Shown: positions 38,132 to 48,140, counted from the stretch's first letter. The stretch: DNA of 64,000 nt from an uncultured Pseudomonadales bacterium (GCA_964357975.1 CAYHNG010000003.1:393-64392), one strand, 5' to 3'. Notes: generated by a model from the letters alone, not told the origin. Program-made: numbers and translations.

Positions 38132-39262
38132 TTAATTATTCCTGTTGAATTTAGCCGTAGATGGAACCGCACCTCCGCATTTTGAACAATTCCCAAAAGA
38201 TACATTTTCAACTCCACAAAAAGGACATGTATATCCCTCTTTCAACTTTTCTTGAACTTGTTCATCTGTTGGTTTTTGCGGTTCATCATCTCTCAACTGG
38301 CTCTTCCTCAAGGAAATGCTGCCGCTTGAAGCGTTTATTTCGAGCTCTGCGCCACTCTGAGCATTGTCTCCGATATGGCCTCTGATGTTGGCACCGCTAC
38401 GACCGCTTGTGTCTTTATCCACGACAAATTCTGAAGGGGCTCTGAAGCTTCCAGAATTGGTCGTCGCTCTAACTCTAATGTTCTCGTTTCCAATTCCAAG
38501 CGAAATTGATCCGGAAGAGGTCCTTACGACTCCTCTGCTTTTCAGTTTCATGCTCTCAACGGCCACAGACCCACTTGATGTCTTTATATCTAACTCTCCC
38601 GCAACCCACCCAACCCTCAAAGAGCCGCTCGAAGTGTTTAAATCAGCCTCACCAATAATAGAATCTACTGAAGCCTCTCCAGAAGAAGTCGTCAAACTTA
38701 ACTCACCTTTAACCGACGACATCTCCACACTTCCGGATGAACTACGCACTTTTCCCCTACCTTCAACACTGGCAACGTCAATGTCGCCACTCGAAGATGC
38801 CAAATTAAAGTTACTTGCTTGCTCTGGACGAATCCTAAGCACCACCTTTTTCTTTATGGATACTCCACTCTCATTTGATCCACCAGACACGACCCTCCCG
38901 TTGATCATCACGACACTTCTAGCTGAGCCAGTAATCACAATATTACCGTCAGAATAACCGCTATTTCCATCGTCCTTCTCATTAAGATTAAAGGATTTTT
39001 CATCAGTTTCAATATCAAATACGTCATCGACGCTACCACACTCTGCGCGGGCCTTATCTTCGCTTCTTGCTCCCCTAACCACGACTGTCACCTTGTACGA
39101 AGGTTCTTCGTCACCGATACAGTTCTCAACCACTATCTTCCCAGACATAGTAGTGATGTCTATTTCTGTCAACCCCTTTGGAAGCTTTTCTTTTCTAACC
39201 AGAGTTAATTCTCTTGATTGTTCATTCCACTCCTGTCCGGTTAAATTTGTTTCTTCGTTCAT
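38132..39262 (-). CDS. DUF4097-like beta-strand repeat protein with C-terminal zinc ribbon
   Basis: Repeated TSSGS motifs; CPFC..CSKC. Confidence 0.8.
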   Translation of the reverse strand: MNEETNLTGQEWNEQSRELTLVRKEKLPKGLTEIDITTMSGKIVVENCIGDEEPSYKVTVVVRGARSEDKARAECGSVDDVFDIETDEKSFNLNEKDDGNSGYSDGNIVITGSARSVVMINGRVVSGGSNESGVSIKKKVVLRIRPEQASNFNLASSSGDIDVASVEGRGKVRSSSGSVEMSSVKGELSLTTSSGEASVDSIIGEADLNTSSGSLRVGWVAGELDIKTSSGSVAVESMKLKSRGVVRTSSGSISLGIGNENIRVRATTNSGSFRAPSEFVVDKDTSGRSGANIRGHIGDNAQSGAELEINASSGSISLRKSQLRDDEPQKPTDEQVQEKLKEGYTCPFCGVENVSFGNCSKCGGAVPSTAKFNRNN

Positions 39263-39328
39263 AACTATTATTATTAGCTTAAGCGATTACAAATAACAAG
39301 TATCATAATATTTATAGGCCAGTCGCTT

Positions 39329-39360
39329 GTTGGGAGGGATGTTTTCAAACTTTTTCAGAC
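39329..39360 (+). repeat. 32-bp direct repeat, copy 2
   Basis: Shared core GTTTTCAAACTTTTTCAGAC. Confidence 0.85.
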
Positions 39361-39475
39361 CTAAAAGACTCGATTTTGCCAATAAAAACCGCCTTAGGCA
39401 TCTTACATTTTGCCTTTGGCGGTTGTTTGCACTTCAATTTTATTTACGAAATCTTATATGGTGGGGCCATATTTG

Positions 39476-40654
39476 TTACTTGGTTGTTGCTGGCAAAGCC
39501 TTCAAGGTAAGCGCATTAAGCATCTCTTTTGGGTTGAAACCCTCCAGGTGCTTATCTGCTGCCAGGATCCAGAGCCCAGCAAAGTCGGGGTGCTGGCGAA
39601 GGTAGTGATACTCCCACAAAAGCATCACTTCTGGGCGTGCCATTCCATAACCCCCTCCGTGACCTTCAAGGTACGGGCCATTATGAATTTTTTCATCAAA
39701 ATTGACCGACACGCAACCATCTTGGTGCCGATAGCCATTGATTACTTTCCCCGTCGCCCACACATCTTGGTAGATGCGGTCTTTCCAGTTGCCGACGAAA
39801 CAGACGACCTGGTCATTCAGATTAAACCAGTCGTAAGGTCGCGCGCTCGGCAGAGCGGGTTTTTCTTCGGCTTGCTTTTCAAGACTGAGAAGTAGTTTGA
39901 TATCGCTATCCACTTTCTTCTTTTTCTCGATCAGCTTCTGCTTCTCGGCAATCAGAACACCGCGCATGAACTCAATTTGAGGCATGTCGGCATTAGTCAA
40001 AAAGCATGGTGTGTTGAAACGCCGCTGGGTTTTTGTAGACCATTCAGGGCGCTTTTCGACCAGCAGAGTCAAGCCAGGATATGCTGCTTCCATTCTGTGA
40101 ATGGCCTGCACAGCTGCCTCTTTTTCTCCATCGGTGGCACCAAGCCTGGTCAAGGGTTCCACAGACTGGTATCTTTCGATTGCTTTCTGTGGAATTTCCA
40201 GATCATTGTCCGGCAGTCCCGCGTGAGTCAGAATGTTACAGCTTGTGGTGATGTGATACTGATATCGACAAGTGCCCCCACCGGTAAATTTGCACCAACC
40301 ACAAACGTTGAATGTGGTTGCTTCCGACTTACGACTGGCCGACGCCGGGTCGAGAGGTTCGAAGTCCCCACTCCAACTATCTGAACGCTTGCCGATTTGG
40401 GCTTGCGAGAAAACGGGGTTTTCATAACCTTCGGCGAGTTTGGCGAAGTCTTTGCCGGTCTTACCCTTGAGTAAGTCAATCAGCTCTTGGGTATACTTAA
40501 TTTGGCCTGCAAGGCTTTCAGCTTCACCACGCCAGTAGCGTACAAGTTGTCGAACTGTGACCTTCCCCAAAAAGACCAGATCTCCAACGGTTTTGACCCA
40601 CTTGATGTTCCAGTATTCAGGGATAAGGTGTTTTGCAGATTGAGTTACGTTCAT
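39476..40654 (-). CDS. Orphan Cys-motif hypothetical protein
   Basis: 392-aa ORF, AAAGGAG SD, CGWC...CRY...SC. Confidence 0.7.
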   Translation of the reverse strand: MNVTQSAKHLIPEYWNIKWVKTVGDLVFLGKVTVRQLVRYWRGEAESLAGQIKYTQELIDLLKGKTGKDFAKLAEGYENPVFSQAQIGKRSDSWSGDFEPLDPASASRKSEATTFNVCGWCKFTGGGTCRYQYHITTSCNILTHAGLPDNDLEIPQKAIERYQSVEPLTRLGATDGEKEAAVQAIHRMEAAYPGLTLLVEKRPEWSTKTQRRFNTPCFLTNADMPQIEFMRGVLIAEKQKLIEKKKKVDSDIKLLLSLEKQAEEKPALPSARPYDWFNLNDQVVCFVGNWKDRIYQDVWATGKVINGYRHQDGCVSVNFDEKIHNGPYLEGHGGGYGMARPEVMLLWEYHYLRQHPDFAGLWILAADKHLEGFNPKEMLNALTLKALPATTK

Positions 40655-41055
40655 TTCAGGTCTCCTTTTATTGTCCTATGAAAGCCCCTATGTCAGAGGC
40701 TTCCATGTTGACCTATGGCTGAGTATCTCGGGTGGCCCCACCACTACAAGATTACGGCTGCAAGCAGCTTTCTACTCTCAAGATTTGAGGGTAAAAAGCT
40801 ACTTACAGCGCGCAAAAACAAAGCTACTGATATATTTCGTGTATTTGAATGTGCAAGTCTTCAGGCTAAATATACAAAATTAGGATGCGTTTGAACCTGC
40901 ATCTGTAGTTTAGTATGGATATTTTATCACGAAAGAGGTGAGGGTCCATTGTTATGGGTTGCTCGCCGACTTGGTTGACTTTTGAACTTCTGTTTGAAAA
41001 AAGTGTGCCGATATAAAAACGCCACCCGTTAGGGTGGCGTTTAAGGGGGTTACCC

Positions 41056-41466
41056 TTATTTCCGATCAAGAACCGGCACGAACTGTAAAACAGTCCCGAT
41101 CTTACCGGTGGGATTCTCGGACCGTGCACAGGCAACGAGGCTAGTCAAGTATCCTTCGGCAAATGGTTCGTCGATAGCTATCTGGACATCGATGCCACAG
41201 GCAAGCAGGTCGACGACAAAACCGGCAGAGGTAGGCCAGTTCAAATGACTTGAGCCGAAGGCGGAGTACAACTTACCGTGAAACTCCTCACCACCCATTT
41301 GAGGTGTTTCTTCACCAGGAATTGGGTTTTTTTCATGACTGCGCCATACCCACAGATAGTCGGACCCCCAGTCGTACCGAACAAGATTGGTGGCAATCAG
41401 GACTTCGAGAAATGCCTTTTCGGCCTGACTCTGGAAATACGGGAGTAAGTCCTTAGTTTCGAACAT
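41056..41466 (-). CDS. Orphan hypothetical protein
   Basis: AAGGAGG SD, promoter TTGACT-N17-TATACT at 41532-41560, terminator at 41015-41042. Confidence 0.7.
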   Translation of the reverse strand: MFETKDLLPYFQSQAEKAFLEVLIATNLVRYDWGSDYLWVWRSHEKNPIPGEETPQMGGEEFHGKLYSAFGSSHLNWPTSAGFVVDLLACGIDVQIAIDEPFAEGYLTSLVACARSENPTGKIGTVLQFVPVLDRK

Positions 41467-41587
41467 GTAGCCTCCTTGTGAATTATCAAGTTACAGAAAA
41501 AAGCTGGAAAATAGACTTCTAAACTGTGGCTAGTATATCATAAATACCCTCAAAAGTCAATATTATGGGATTCTCTGCCCAGTGGGA

Positions 41588-42583
41588 CTAGTCGATCTCG
41601 GGGATGGTGGTGTCTTTGTTGAGCTGAATATGGCTCAAAATAACCCGTGCAGAGAGAACTGTGGGTAGAGCCAGGATGGCCAGAAGTGGTCCGCCTAGCT
41701 GGAAGCCAATCATGATGGCAACTATCGTAATAATGGGATTGAGTCCGGCAACGTGTTGCATGATTTTGGGAACGATAAGATTGTTTTCTAACTGCTGAAC
41801 GATGAGAGAAACAATTAGGGCGGCAATGCCATGCCCTGTGGAGATGGAAAAACCGACGAGGACGGCAGGAATGGTGGCGATAGTTGGTCCAATATTGGGA
41901 ATTAGTTCCAGCATGCCGGCAATGAAGGCCAGAGAGATAGCAAAAGGCAGGCCAATGATGAGATAACCAATGTAACTCAGAAGTCCCACCAACAACATGA
42001 GAAGTAACTCCCCCCTCACCCAATAACCAATCTGAACTTCTAGCTTTTCGGCGATTACAAAATAGCGGTGACCTTTGTCACCAAACCAGAATTTGAGGTG
42101 TGACTCCAAGTTGTGAAGATCTTGGATCATGTAAAAGCTAATAACGATAACCGTAAAGGCAGTGATGAAGGCAGAAAAGGTATCTAGAGCAAAAGTAAGC
42201 ACCTTACCGGGAACATTGGCAAACTGGGCAGAGAGCGAACCGTCGGCTAGCTTGATTGGGCTAACAGAGTCAATGATCGCCGGCAGTTTTTGAAGAAACA
42301 GTTGAGTTTGATCCAAAAGGGGGGCCGCGAGTGAAACTACTGCAAATATGATGGTGCCAAAAGTAGCTAGTAATATCACCATCGAAGAAAGAGCCCTGTT
42401 TACCCTAAACTTTTCCAGGTAGTCTACCATAGGACAAACAGCCAAAGTAATCAGAATGGCAATAAACAATAAAGCAATAACGCTGGCAAGCCTCAAAAGA
42501 ATATACGCGGCGGCGAGAGAAAACAGGACCCAAAAGATACTGCCGATGGAAAATTCAAAGATAATGTGTTTCTTTTTGATCAT
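41588..42583 (-). CDS. AI-2E family transporter
   Basis: ELIPNIG, QQLENNLIVPKIM, GLNP. Confidence 0.9.
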   Translation of the reverse strand: MIKKKHIIFEFSIGSIFWVLFSLAAAYILLRLASVIALLFIAILITLAVCPMVDYLEKFRVNRALSSMVILLATFGTIIFAVVSLAAPLLDQTQLFLQKLPAIIDSVSPIKLADGSLSAQFANVPGKVLTFALDTFSAFITAFTVIVISFYMIQDLHNLESHLKFWFGDKGHRYFVIAEKLEVQIGYWVRGELLLMLLVGLLSYIGYLIIGLPFAISLAFIAGMLELIPNIGPTIATIPAVLVGFSISTGHGIAALIVSLIVQQLENNLIVPKIMQHVAGLNPIITIVAIMIGFQLGGPLLAILALPTVLSARVILSHIQLNKDTTIPEID

Positions 42584-42584
42584 T

Positions 42585-43529
42585 TTATTTATAAATTTCC
42601 GCTAGTTTATCAGCAACCGATGCATCTACCGTACTTTTATCATACCAAAATATGTCCGGTTGTTTCTGAAACCAAACCATCTGTCTACGAGCGTAATCTA
42701 TTTCCGAGTTGGTCCACGAATCGATTAACTTCTCTCTTGTAATATCTTTCTTTAAATATTGAACGATTTCTTTTACACCGAGACTGGTAAAAATCGGGAG
42801 GTGGTGATCGGGATATTTTTCCATCAATTTTTCAACCTCTTCAATGGCGTCGGTGATCAGACGATTCAGGACGCGCTGGCGGATTTTCTCTTTCAAAGCC
42901 TCTTTTTCTTGACGTAGACCGATCCAGTGGAAATAAGGTCGTACTGTTTTTATGGATTGCCGCGCTTCGCTCGCAATGACGGGGGTGGTGAGAGACGAGG
43001 CGATTTCGATGGCGCGGATGAGCCGTCGGGGATTATGGAGATCAGAATTGTTCAGGGATTCAAATTTTTGGGGATTAATTGCCAACAAACGGGATTGGAG
43101 TGATGGTAGATCAAGTTTTTCCAGATCATGACGGAGTGGTTGGTTGGGTGGAACGTGAACGTTGAGAAGATCAGAAGTAATTGCTTTCAAATACAAACCG
43201 GTGCCCCCAACAATGATTAAGGGAACTTGCTCTTTAATGGAGCTTTGAATAATGTTCTGAGCATAACTGACGAAGTCCGCGAGATTATAGACTTGGTGTG
43301 GCTCGACCAAATCCAAACCAAAAAAATTGATGTTTGGAGAGAGATCTTGAGGAATGTCCTTGCCGGTAACGATATCCAAAGATTGGTAGACCTGCCGAGA
43401 GTCGGCGGAAAGGATGTTGACAGAGAGGTGTTGTAATAGAAGTTTGTCGGCAATCGAAAGAGCCAGGTTGGTTTTGCCGGAGGCGGTGGGACCGCAAATA
43501 ATTAGAATCTTGGGAGTTGGGTTAGGCAC
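42585..43529 (-). CDS. miaA: tRNA dimethylallyltransferase
   Basis: GPTASGKT, SADSRQVY, VGGTGLY, YARRQMVWF. Confidence 0.95.
   Translation of the reverse strand: MPNPTPKILIICGPTASGKTNLALSIADKLLLQHLSVNILSADSRQVYQSLDIVTGKDIPQDLSPNINFFGLDLVEPHQVYNLADFVSYAQNIIQSSIKEQVPLIIVGGTGLYLKAITSDLLNVHVPPNQPLRHDLEKLDLPSLQSRLLAINPQKFESLNNSDLHNPRRLIRAIEIASSLTTPVIASEARQSIKTVRPYFHWIGLRQEKEALKEKIRQRVLNRLITDAIEEVEKLMEKYPDHHLPIFTSLGVKEIVQYLKKDITREKLIDSWTNSEIDYARRQMVWFQKQPDIFWYDKSTVDASVADKLAEIYK
42954..42981 (-). repeat. CGTC-tagged REP-like palindrome in frame within miaA
   Basis: CGTCATTGCGAGCGAAGCGCGGCAATCC, translated as VIASEARQS. Confidence 0.7.
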
Positions 43530-43587
43530 AGATTATTTTAACACCGGATGGTTGACATCGCTCTCCGGGAGAATATAATCACGAGCA

Positions 43588-44043
43588 ATGGGAACAAAAG
43601 AAAGAGAATCACGAAAACCAGAGGCAAGCAGGGAGTGTTTCACCCATATCGGTAATTGGAAAACACCCTACGGATTAATTTATGGTGAATTCGAAGATAA
43701 GGAACAACCGGGAGTGGAGTTCTTTGGCCAATTCAAAGACATGGTGCGTGAAATAGATTCCTTAAAGAAAGTTAAACCGAGAAGTCAGTGGGAAAGTGCG
43801 GTGGAATATAAAGGAATGGTTTTGCATATTACACACAGGATCAATGAGTTCGGCTCTGATATGCAGGATGATTATGAGGTTGTGGAAGGGGATGTTATCC
43901 TTGATAGTCTCAAAGATTTGGTGCGTAGAGGAAGGTTGAAACCATTTTGGATAGAAATACAAAACAATTGGATGAACATACTGTATTCGAGGGGTAAGAA
44001 ACGTTATATGACTCAAATAGTCGCTTTGGAGGAGCCGGCTTAG
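43588..44043 (+). CDS. Hypothetical protein
   Basis: TTGACA-N16-TATAAT ends 8 nt before the ATG. Confidence 0.65.
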   Translation: MGTKERESRKPEASRECFTHIGNWKTPYGLIYGEFEDKEQPGVEFFGQFKDMVREIDSLKKVKPRSQWESAVEYKGMVLHITHRINEFGSDMQDDYEVVEGDVILDSLKDLVRRGRLKPFWIEIQNNWMNILYSRGKKRYMTQIVALEEPA

Positions 44044-45185
44044 GGAACGATGGGGCGGGATCTGAGGTTATCTTTGTTGGCAATTTGATCTAAAATCTCC
44101 CAGCGTTCTTTCTTGATCTTGGCCGGAATATCATCGGGAAATAATTTGGCAGAAACAGTTCCAGGTCTAGGCGAGTAGCGGGCAACGAAAGCCACCTTGA
44201 AACCCACTTCTTTGACCAAGTTCAGAGTGTCTTGAAAGTCTTCATCTGTTTCTCCCGGAAAACCGACGATTATGTCCGTACCAAAAACTGCCTCAGGTAT
44301 TTTGGTTTTGATTTGATTAATTAAAGTAAGATAAGATTCCCGAGTGTATCCCCTGTTCATAAGTTTTAGGATCCGATTACTGCCGGACTGAACCGGCAAA
44401 TGAATAAAGCGATCTATCTTTGGGTTGATGGCTATCTCATCTATCAGTTCATCCCAGAAGTCCCAAGGATTGCTGGTAAAGAAACTGATTTTATTGATGC
44501 CATCAACCTTACTGATGGCTCTAAGTAGAGTCACAAAGGGTGGGGTGTCTTCGGGTTTGAAATATTGGGACTGATTTGAGGGAATAATATCTGTGGAGAA
44601 TTTATCTTTATCCATAAACATTTTTCTGAGGGCCACACCGACTTTTTCCAAACCCCATGAATTAACATTTTGGCCTAAAAGAGTGATCTCACGGTAACTA
44701 TCCAAAGCAAGCCCCTCGACCTCTTGGACAATTTCTTCCAAAGGTCTGGATCTTTCTCTGCCCCTCGAAAATGGCACAATACAAAAAGTGCAAAAGGAAT
44801 TACAGCCTGAAGAAATAGGAATAAAGGCTTTATCCTTTTCTTTCCTAATAGCCTTTTGATTGAAGCCGACTTCACCGATGGGCAAGATCTCATCTATCTG
44901 AGGCAGTAGAACGCGGATTTCCTTTTCGTTGAAGTGCAACATACAACCGGTCAGGATAATCTTGGGCTTCTGTTTCCCAGCAAAGAATTTGTCGACATTG
45001 AGAAGGAATCCTGTAACACGATCTTCGGCAGATTGACGGACAGAACAAGTGTTGATGACGATTTCGTCGGCAAGCTTCCAGTTACCGACTTCGGAGTATC
45101 CACGAGATAGGTAGTCGCCAAGTATGCGCTCTGAGTCTGACTTGTTGGCTTGACAACCGAAAGTGTTGATGAAAACGGACGGCAT
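44040..45185 (-). CDS. miaB: MiaB-like tRNA methylthiotransferase, lacking TRAM domain
   Basis: TFGCQAN, NTCSVR, CNSFCTFC, GQNVNS, TDIIVGFPGET. Confidence 0.85.
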   Translation of the reverse strand: MPSVFINTFGCQANKSDSERILGDYLSRGYSEVGNWKLADEIVINTCSVRQSAEDRVTGFLLNVDKFFAGKQKPKIILTGCMLHFNEKEIRVLLPQIDEILPIGEVGFNQKAIRKEKDKAFIPISSGCNSFCTFCIVPFSRGRERSRPLEEIVQEVEGLALDSYREITLLGQNVNSWGLEKVGVALRKMFMDKDKFSTDIIPSNQSQYFKPEDTPPFVTLLRAISKVDGINKISFFTSNPWDFWDELIDEIAINPKIDRFIHLPVQSGSNRILKLMNRGYTRESYLTLINQIKTKIPEAVFGTDIIVGFPGETDEDFQDTLNLVKEVGFKVAFVARYSPRPGTVSAKLFPDDIPAKIKKERWEILDQIANKDNLRSRPIVP

Positions 45186-45460
45186 TAGGCGACTTTTTTC
45201 TTCAAAGGCTTACCAACATGAAAGTTGATAACTTTGTGGCCTTTGACCACTTGTCTCTTGGATTCATTACCAAAAGGAACAACTTGTTTGTCTTCGACTT
45301 TTCCAATATAGAAGGTACCAAAGCCAGAAATAACCACCTTTTCACCCTTGCCGAGTGCGACGATAGATTCGGCAAAAAAGGTGTCTACGGTTTCTTTGAC
45401 GGCTTTTTTGGTTAGATGAACTTTCTTACTAACAATATTGATGAGAGTTTGTTTGGTCAT
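45185..45460 (-). CDS. hup: HU family DNA-binding protein
   Basis: MTKQTLI, ISGFGTF, GKPLK. Confidence 0.88.
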   Translation of the reverse strand: MTKQTLINIVSKKVHLTKKAVKETVDTFFAESIVALGKGEKVVISGFGTFYIGKVEDKQVVPFGNESKRQVVKGHKVINFHVGKPLKKKVA

Positions 45461-45559
45461 ATCTCTAATAAATTGGGCAGTATCAATGATAATTGTGGAT
45501 TGATGATAGCACTAATGAGTCAATATTTGCAAGCCTTAGTATTAGACCTCAGTCTTTTG

Positions 45560-45904
45560 TCATTCTGACCAGACAGCCAGCTCGTTTCCACTTGGATCGG
45601 TAAAGTGAAAGCGCTTGCCTCCAGGAAAAGCAAAAATATCTTTGACAATTTTTCCCCCATGATCAATTATTTGTTTTCTGATTAAACCAAGATCTTGGTG
45701 ATAAAGAACTAATAGTGTTCCGCTTCCTGTTAGGGAGTTTACTTTCGCAAAACCACCATCGACACCACTATTGGAGAATGATGCGTAATCTGGACCATAA
45801 TCCGTAAAAACCCAATTAAAAGCTGCTGAATAAAACTTTTTTGTTTCCCCAATATTGGTCGATTGTAATTCTATGTAGGAGAAATGGTTGTTTTTCATCA
45901 GCAT
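45560..45904 (-). CDS. VOC/glyoxalase family protein
   Basis: YIEL, FPGGKRFHFTDPSGNEL. Confidence 0.88.
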   Translation of the reverse strand: MLMKNNHFSYIELQSTNIGETKKFYSAAFNWVFTDYGPDYASFSNSGVDGGFAKVNSLTGSGTLLVLYHQDLGLIRKQIIDHGGKIVKDIFAFPGGKRFHFTDPSGNELAVWSE

Positions 45905-45913
45905 ATTTAATGA

Positions 45914-47494
45914 TTACGAGGCGATTTCGCTGGCACGAGTTTCACGGATACAGTTAACCTTGACGGTTCCGGGGAAGGTCATGGTGTCTCTGATTTCATC
46001 GCGAATGGCTTGGGCCAAAATAGTTAGCTGATCATCCCCCGCCTTATTTGGGTTGACGATCACTCGGATTTCTCTTCCGGCCGAGATGGCATAAGCGTCT
46101 TCAACTTCAGGATGCTTCCGGGCAATTTCTTCGAGGTGTCGAATACGTTTGCCATATTCTTCAGTATTTTCGTGACGGGCTCCCGGTCTGGAACCGGAAA
46201 TAGCATCAGCAATATAGACGATCATGGATTCGTTGGAAGTAAACTCCTCATCCTCGTGATGCTGAGCAACACAGTCAATAATGGTTTGAGGAATATTGAA
46301 CTTTTTTAAATACTGCACACCAAGCTCGACGTGATTACCCTCACCCTCAATGATTTTTCCAATATCGTGAAGCAAACAACCCATTCTGACCGTATCTACG
46401 TTAGCACCGATTTCGTTGGCTATCTTGATACCAATTCTGGTCTCTTCCAGAGTGTGACTAATCATGTTCTGGCCGTAGGAAGTTCTAAATTTAAAACGAC
46501 CAAGCATGGTAATAATTTCCCGATTCATGTTGTAGACACCTACCGCATGGCACAGTTTTTGACCTTCCAGAAACATGATTTGCTCAACGTCTCTCTTTGA
46601 TCTCTCGAAATATTCTTCGATACGTGCAGGATGGATGCGACCATCTTTGATTAAATGAATTAAGGTAAGACGGGCTATCTCACGACGGACTGGATCAAAG
46701 CTACTTAACTTGACTTCGTCAGGGCCGTCGTCCATGGAGACATCACAACCGGAGACTTTTTCGAAAATGCGAATATTGCGGCCATCTTTACCAATAATGC
46801 GACCTTTGGTCTCTTCGTCCGGAATCGGAACGGTGGAAATAGTGTATTCGGCCACATAATCTGTAGCCCCTGCTTTCATGGCATCAACGAGAATTTCTCT
46901 GGCAAGATCTTCACACTCGATTTTTGATTTCTCTTCCGCTTCTTTGATGGCTCTGGCGGCTTCGGCGGCAGAACGTTTCTCGACCTGAGCAACCAGCTCT
47001 TTCTTGGCTTGTTCGGTGGTTAGCGAAGCGATCTTCTCCAGTTTTTCGACCATAGAATCGGCTTGTGAAGCGATTTTGGTTTTGAGCTCTTCAATTTGAG
47101 TAGTTTGGAGATCGAGATTGGCTTTTTCTTTTTTGAGTTGCTCTTCAATTGTCGAATTACTTTGCTGTTTTTGAGCTAGGTTTTTGGCTCGAACCTCAAT
47201 TTCTTCCAACTGAATCCGGGCATCTTTGATGGCCTGGTCTTTGATTTTGAAAGCCTCGTCTTTGGCTGAAATAATGATCTCTCTGGCCTGAGACTGGGCG
47301 GTAGCTTGGGCGGCGGCAATAATAGCGGCAGTGTCGACAGAAAGACTCGGGGCAACGGGAGCGACGGCAACCTTGGGAAGCTCTGAACCGGTGGTTTTTG
47401 GAGGCTGGACCGCAGGGGTTGCAGCTAACTTGGATTTAGCGGAATCGGCAGAAGATTTGAAAATATTTGATCGGAAAATTGAGAGTATAGACAT
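45914..47494 (-). CDS. rny: Ribonuclease Y
   Basis: KGRIIGKDGRNIR KH domain, RTSYGQN, LHDIGK, SRPGAR, AGREIR. Confidence 0.96.
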   Translation of the reverse strand: MSILSIFRSNIFKSSADSAKSKLAATPAVQPPKTTGSELPKVAVAPVAPSLSVDTAAIIAAAQATAQSQAREIIISAKDEAFKIKDQAIKDARIQLEEIEVRAKNLAQKQQSNSTIEEQLKKEKANLDLQTTQIEELKTKIASQADSMVEKLEKIASLTTEQAKKELVAQVEKRSAAEAARAIKEAEEKSKIECEDLAREILVDAMKAGATDYVAEYTISTVPIPDEETKGRIIGKDGRNIRIFEKVSGCDVSMDDGPDEVKLSSFDPVRREIARLTLIHLIKDGRIHPARIEEYFERSKRDVEQIMFLEGQKLCHAVGVYNMNREIITMLGRFKFRTSYGQNMISHTLEETRIGIKIANEIGANVDTVRMGCLLHDIGKIIEGEGNHVELGVQYLKKFNIPQTIIDCVAQHHEDEEFTSNESMIVYIADAISGSRPGARHENTEEYGKRIRHLEEIARKHPEVEDAYAISAGREIRVIVNPNKAGDDQLTILAQAIRDEIRDTMTFPGTVKVNCIRETRASEIAS

Positions 47495-47517
47495 GGTTTA
47501 AATTAATGATTAAACCT

Positions 47518-47635
47518 AATCTATGTACGTCAGCAAACACGCAAAATCAGTCGTCTAGCGACCAGCCTGCCGGCTGGCGGGCTGTAGAGGGATCTTTTTA
47601 TTTTGATTGAGATCGAACATTGCGTAATTTAGATT
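47518..47635. ncRNA. Candidate 6S-like rod-shaped RNA upstream of rny
   Basis: Nested pairings AATCTA/TAGATT, CAAAAT/ATTTTG, TCTA/TAGA and a GC-rich terminal hairpin, separated by bubbles. Confidence 0.4.
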
Positions 47636-47660
47636 GACTAACATGATTAGTATCTGTATT

Positions 47661-48140
47661 TTAGTCTTCCAAACAGTCCCCGTCAAATGCACTTTTGATG
47701 GCGCGCTCAGAGTAGCCTCGCCGGTAGAGGTTGGAAACCACTTTTCTCCGGTCTTGATGGGAAAATTTGCTAATAAAATGCCGAATAGAGGCCTCTTCGG
47801 CTTCCGGGGATACAGCCGACCTCAGAGCTTCGGTGACTGCAGCCACACCAAGTCCAAGATATTTGAGCTTGACGGAGATTAGCCGGGGTCCATAGTGCTT
47901 GGAGAGCTGTCGCCTGACGTAAGCCTCAGCCAGATATTGATCATTCAGATAGCCACTCTGAGCCAGATCGTCGAGAATGGATTCAATGATTTGACCAGGA
48001 TTTTCGATTTTTTCTTTTTCGGCCCGCAAAAAGAGTTTTTCCCTTAATTTGAACCTAAAATACGGCCTGGCAGCGAGGATTCTGCCGGCATATTTCACAA
48101 GTGACTGCCTTTGATCACTTTTCCGGCTGGATTCCGGCAT
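47661..48140 (-). CDS. recX: RecX regulator
   Basis: [19 protein letters not shown]; directly downstream of recA. Confidence 0.85.
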   Translation of the reverse strand: MPESSRKSDQRQSLVKYAGRILAARPYFRFKLREKLFLRAEKEKIENPGQIIESILDDLAQSGYLNDQYLAEAYVRRQLSKHYGPRLISVKLKYLGLGVAAVTEALRSAVSPEAEEASIRHFISKFSHQDRRKVVSNLYRRGYSERAIKSAFDGDCLED

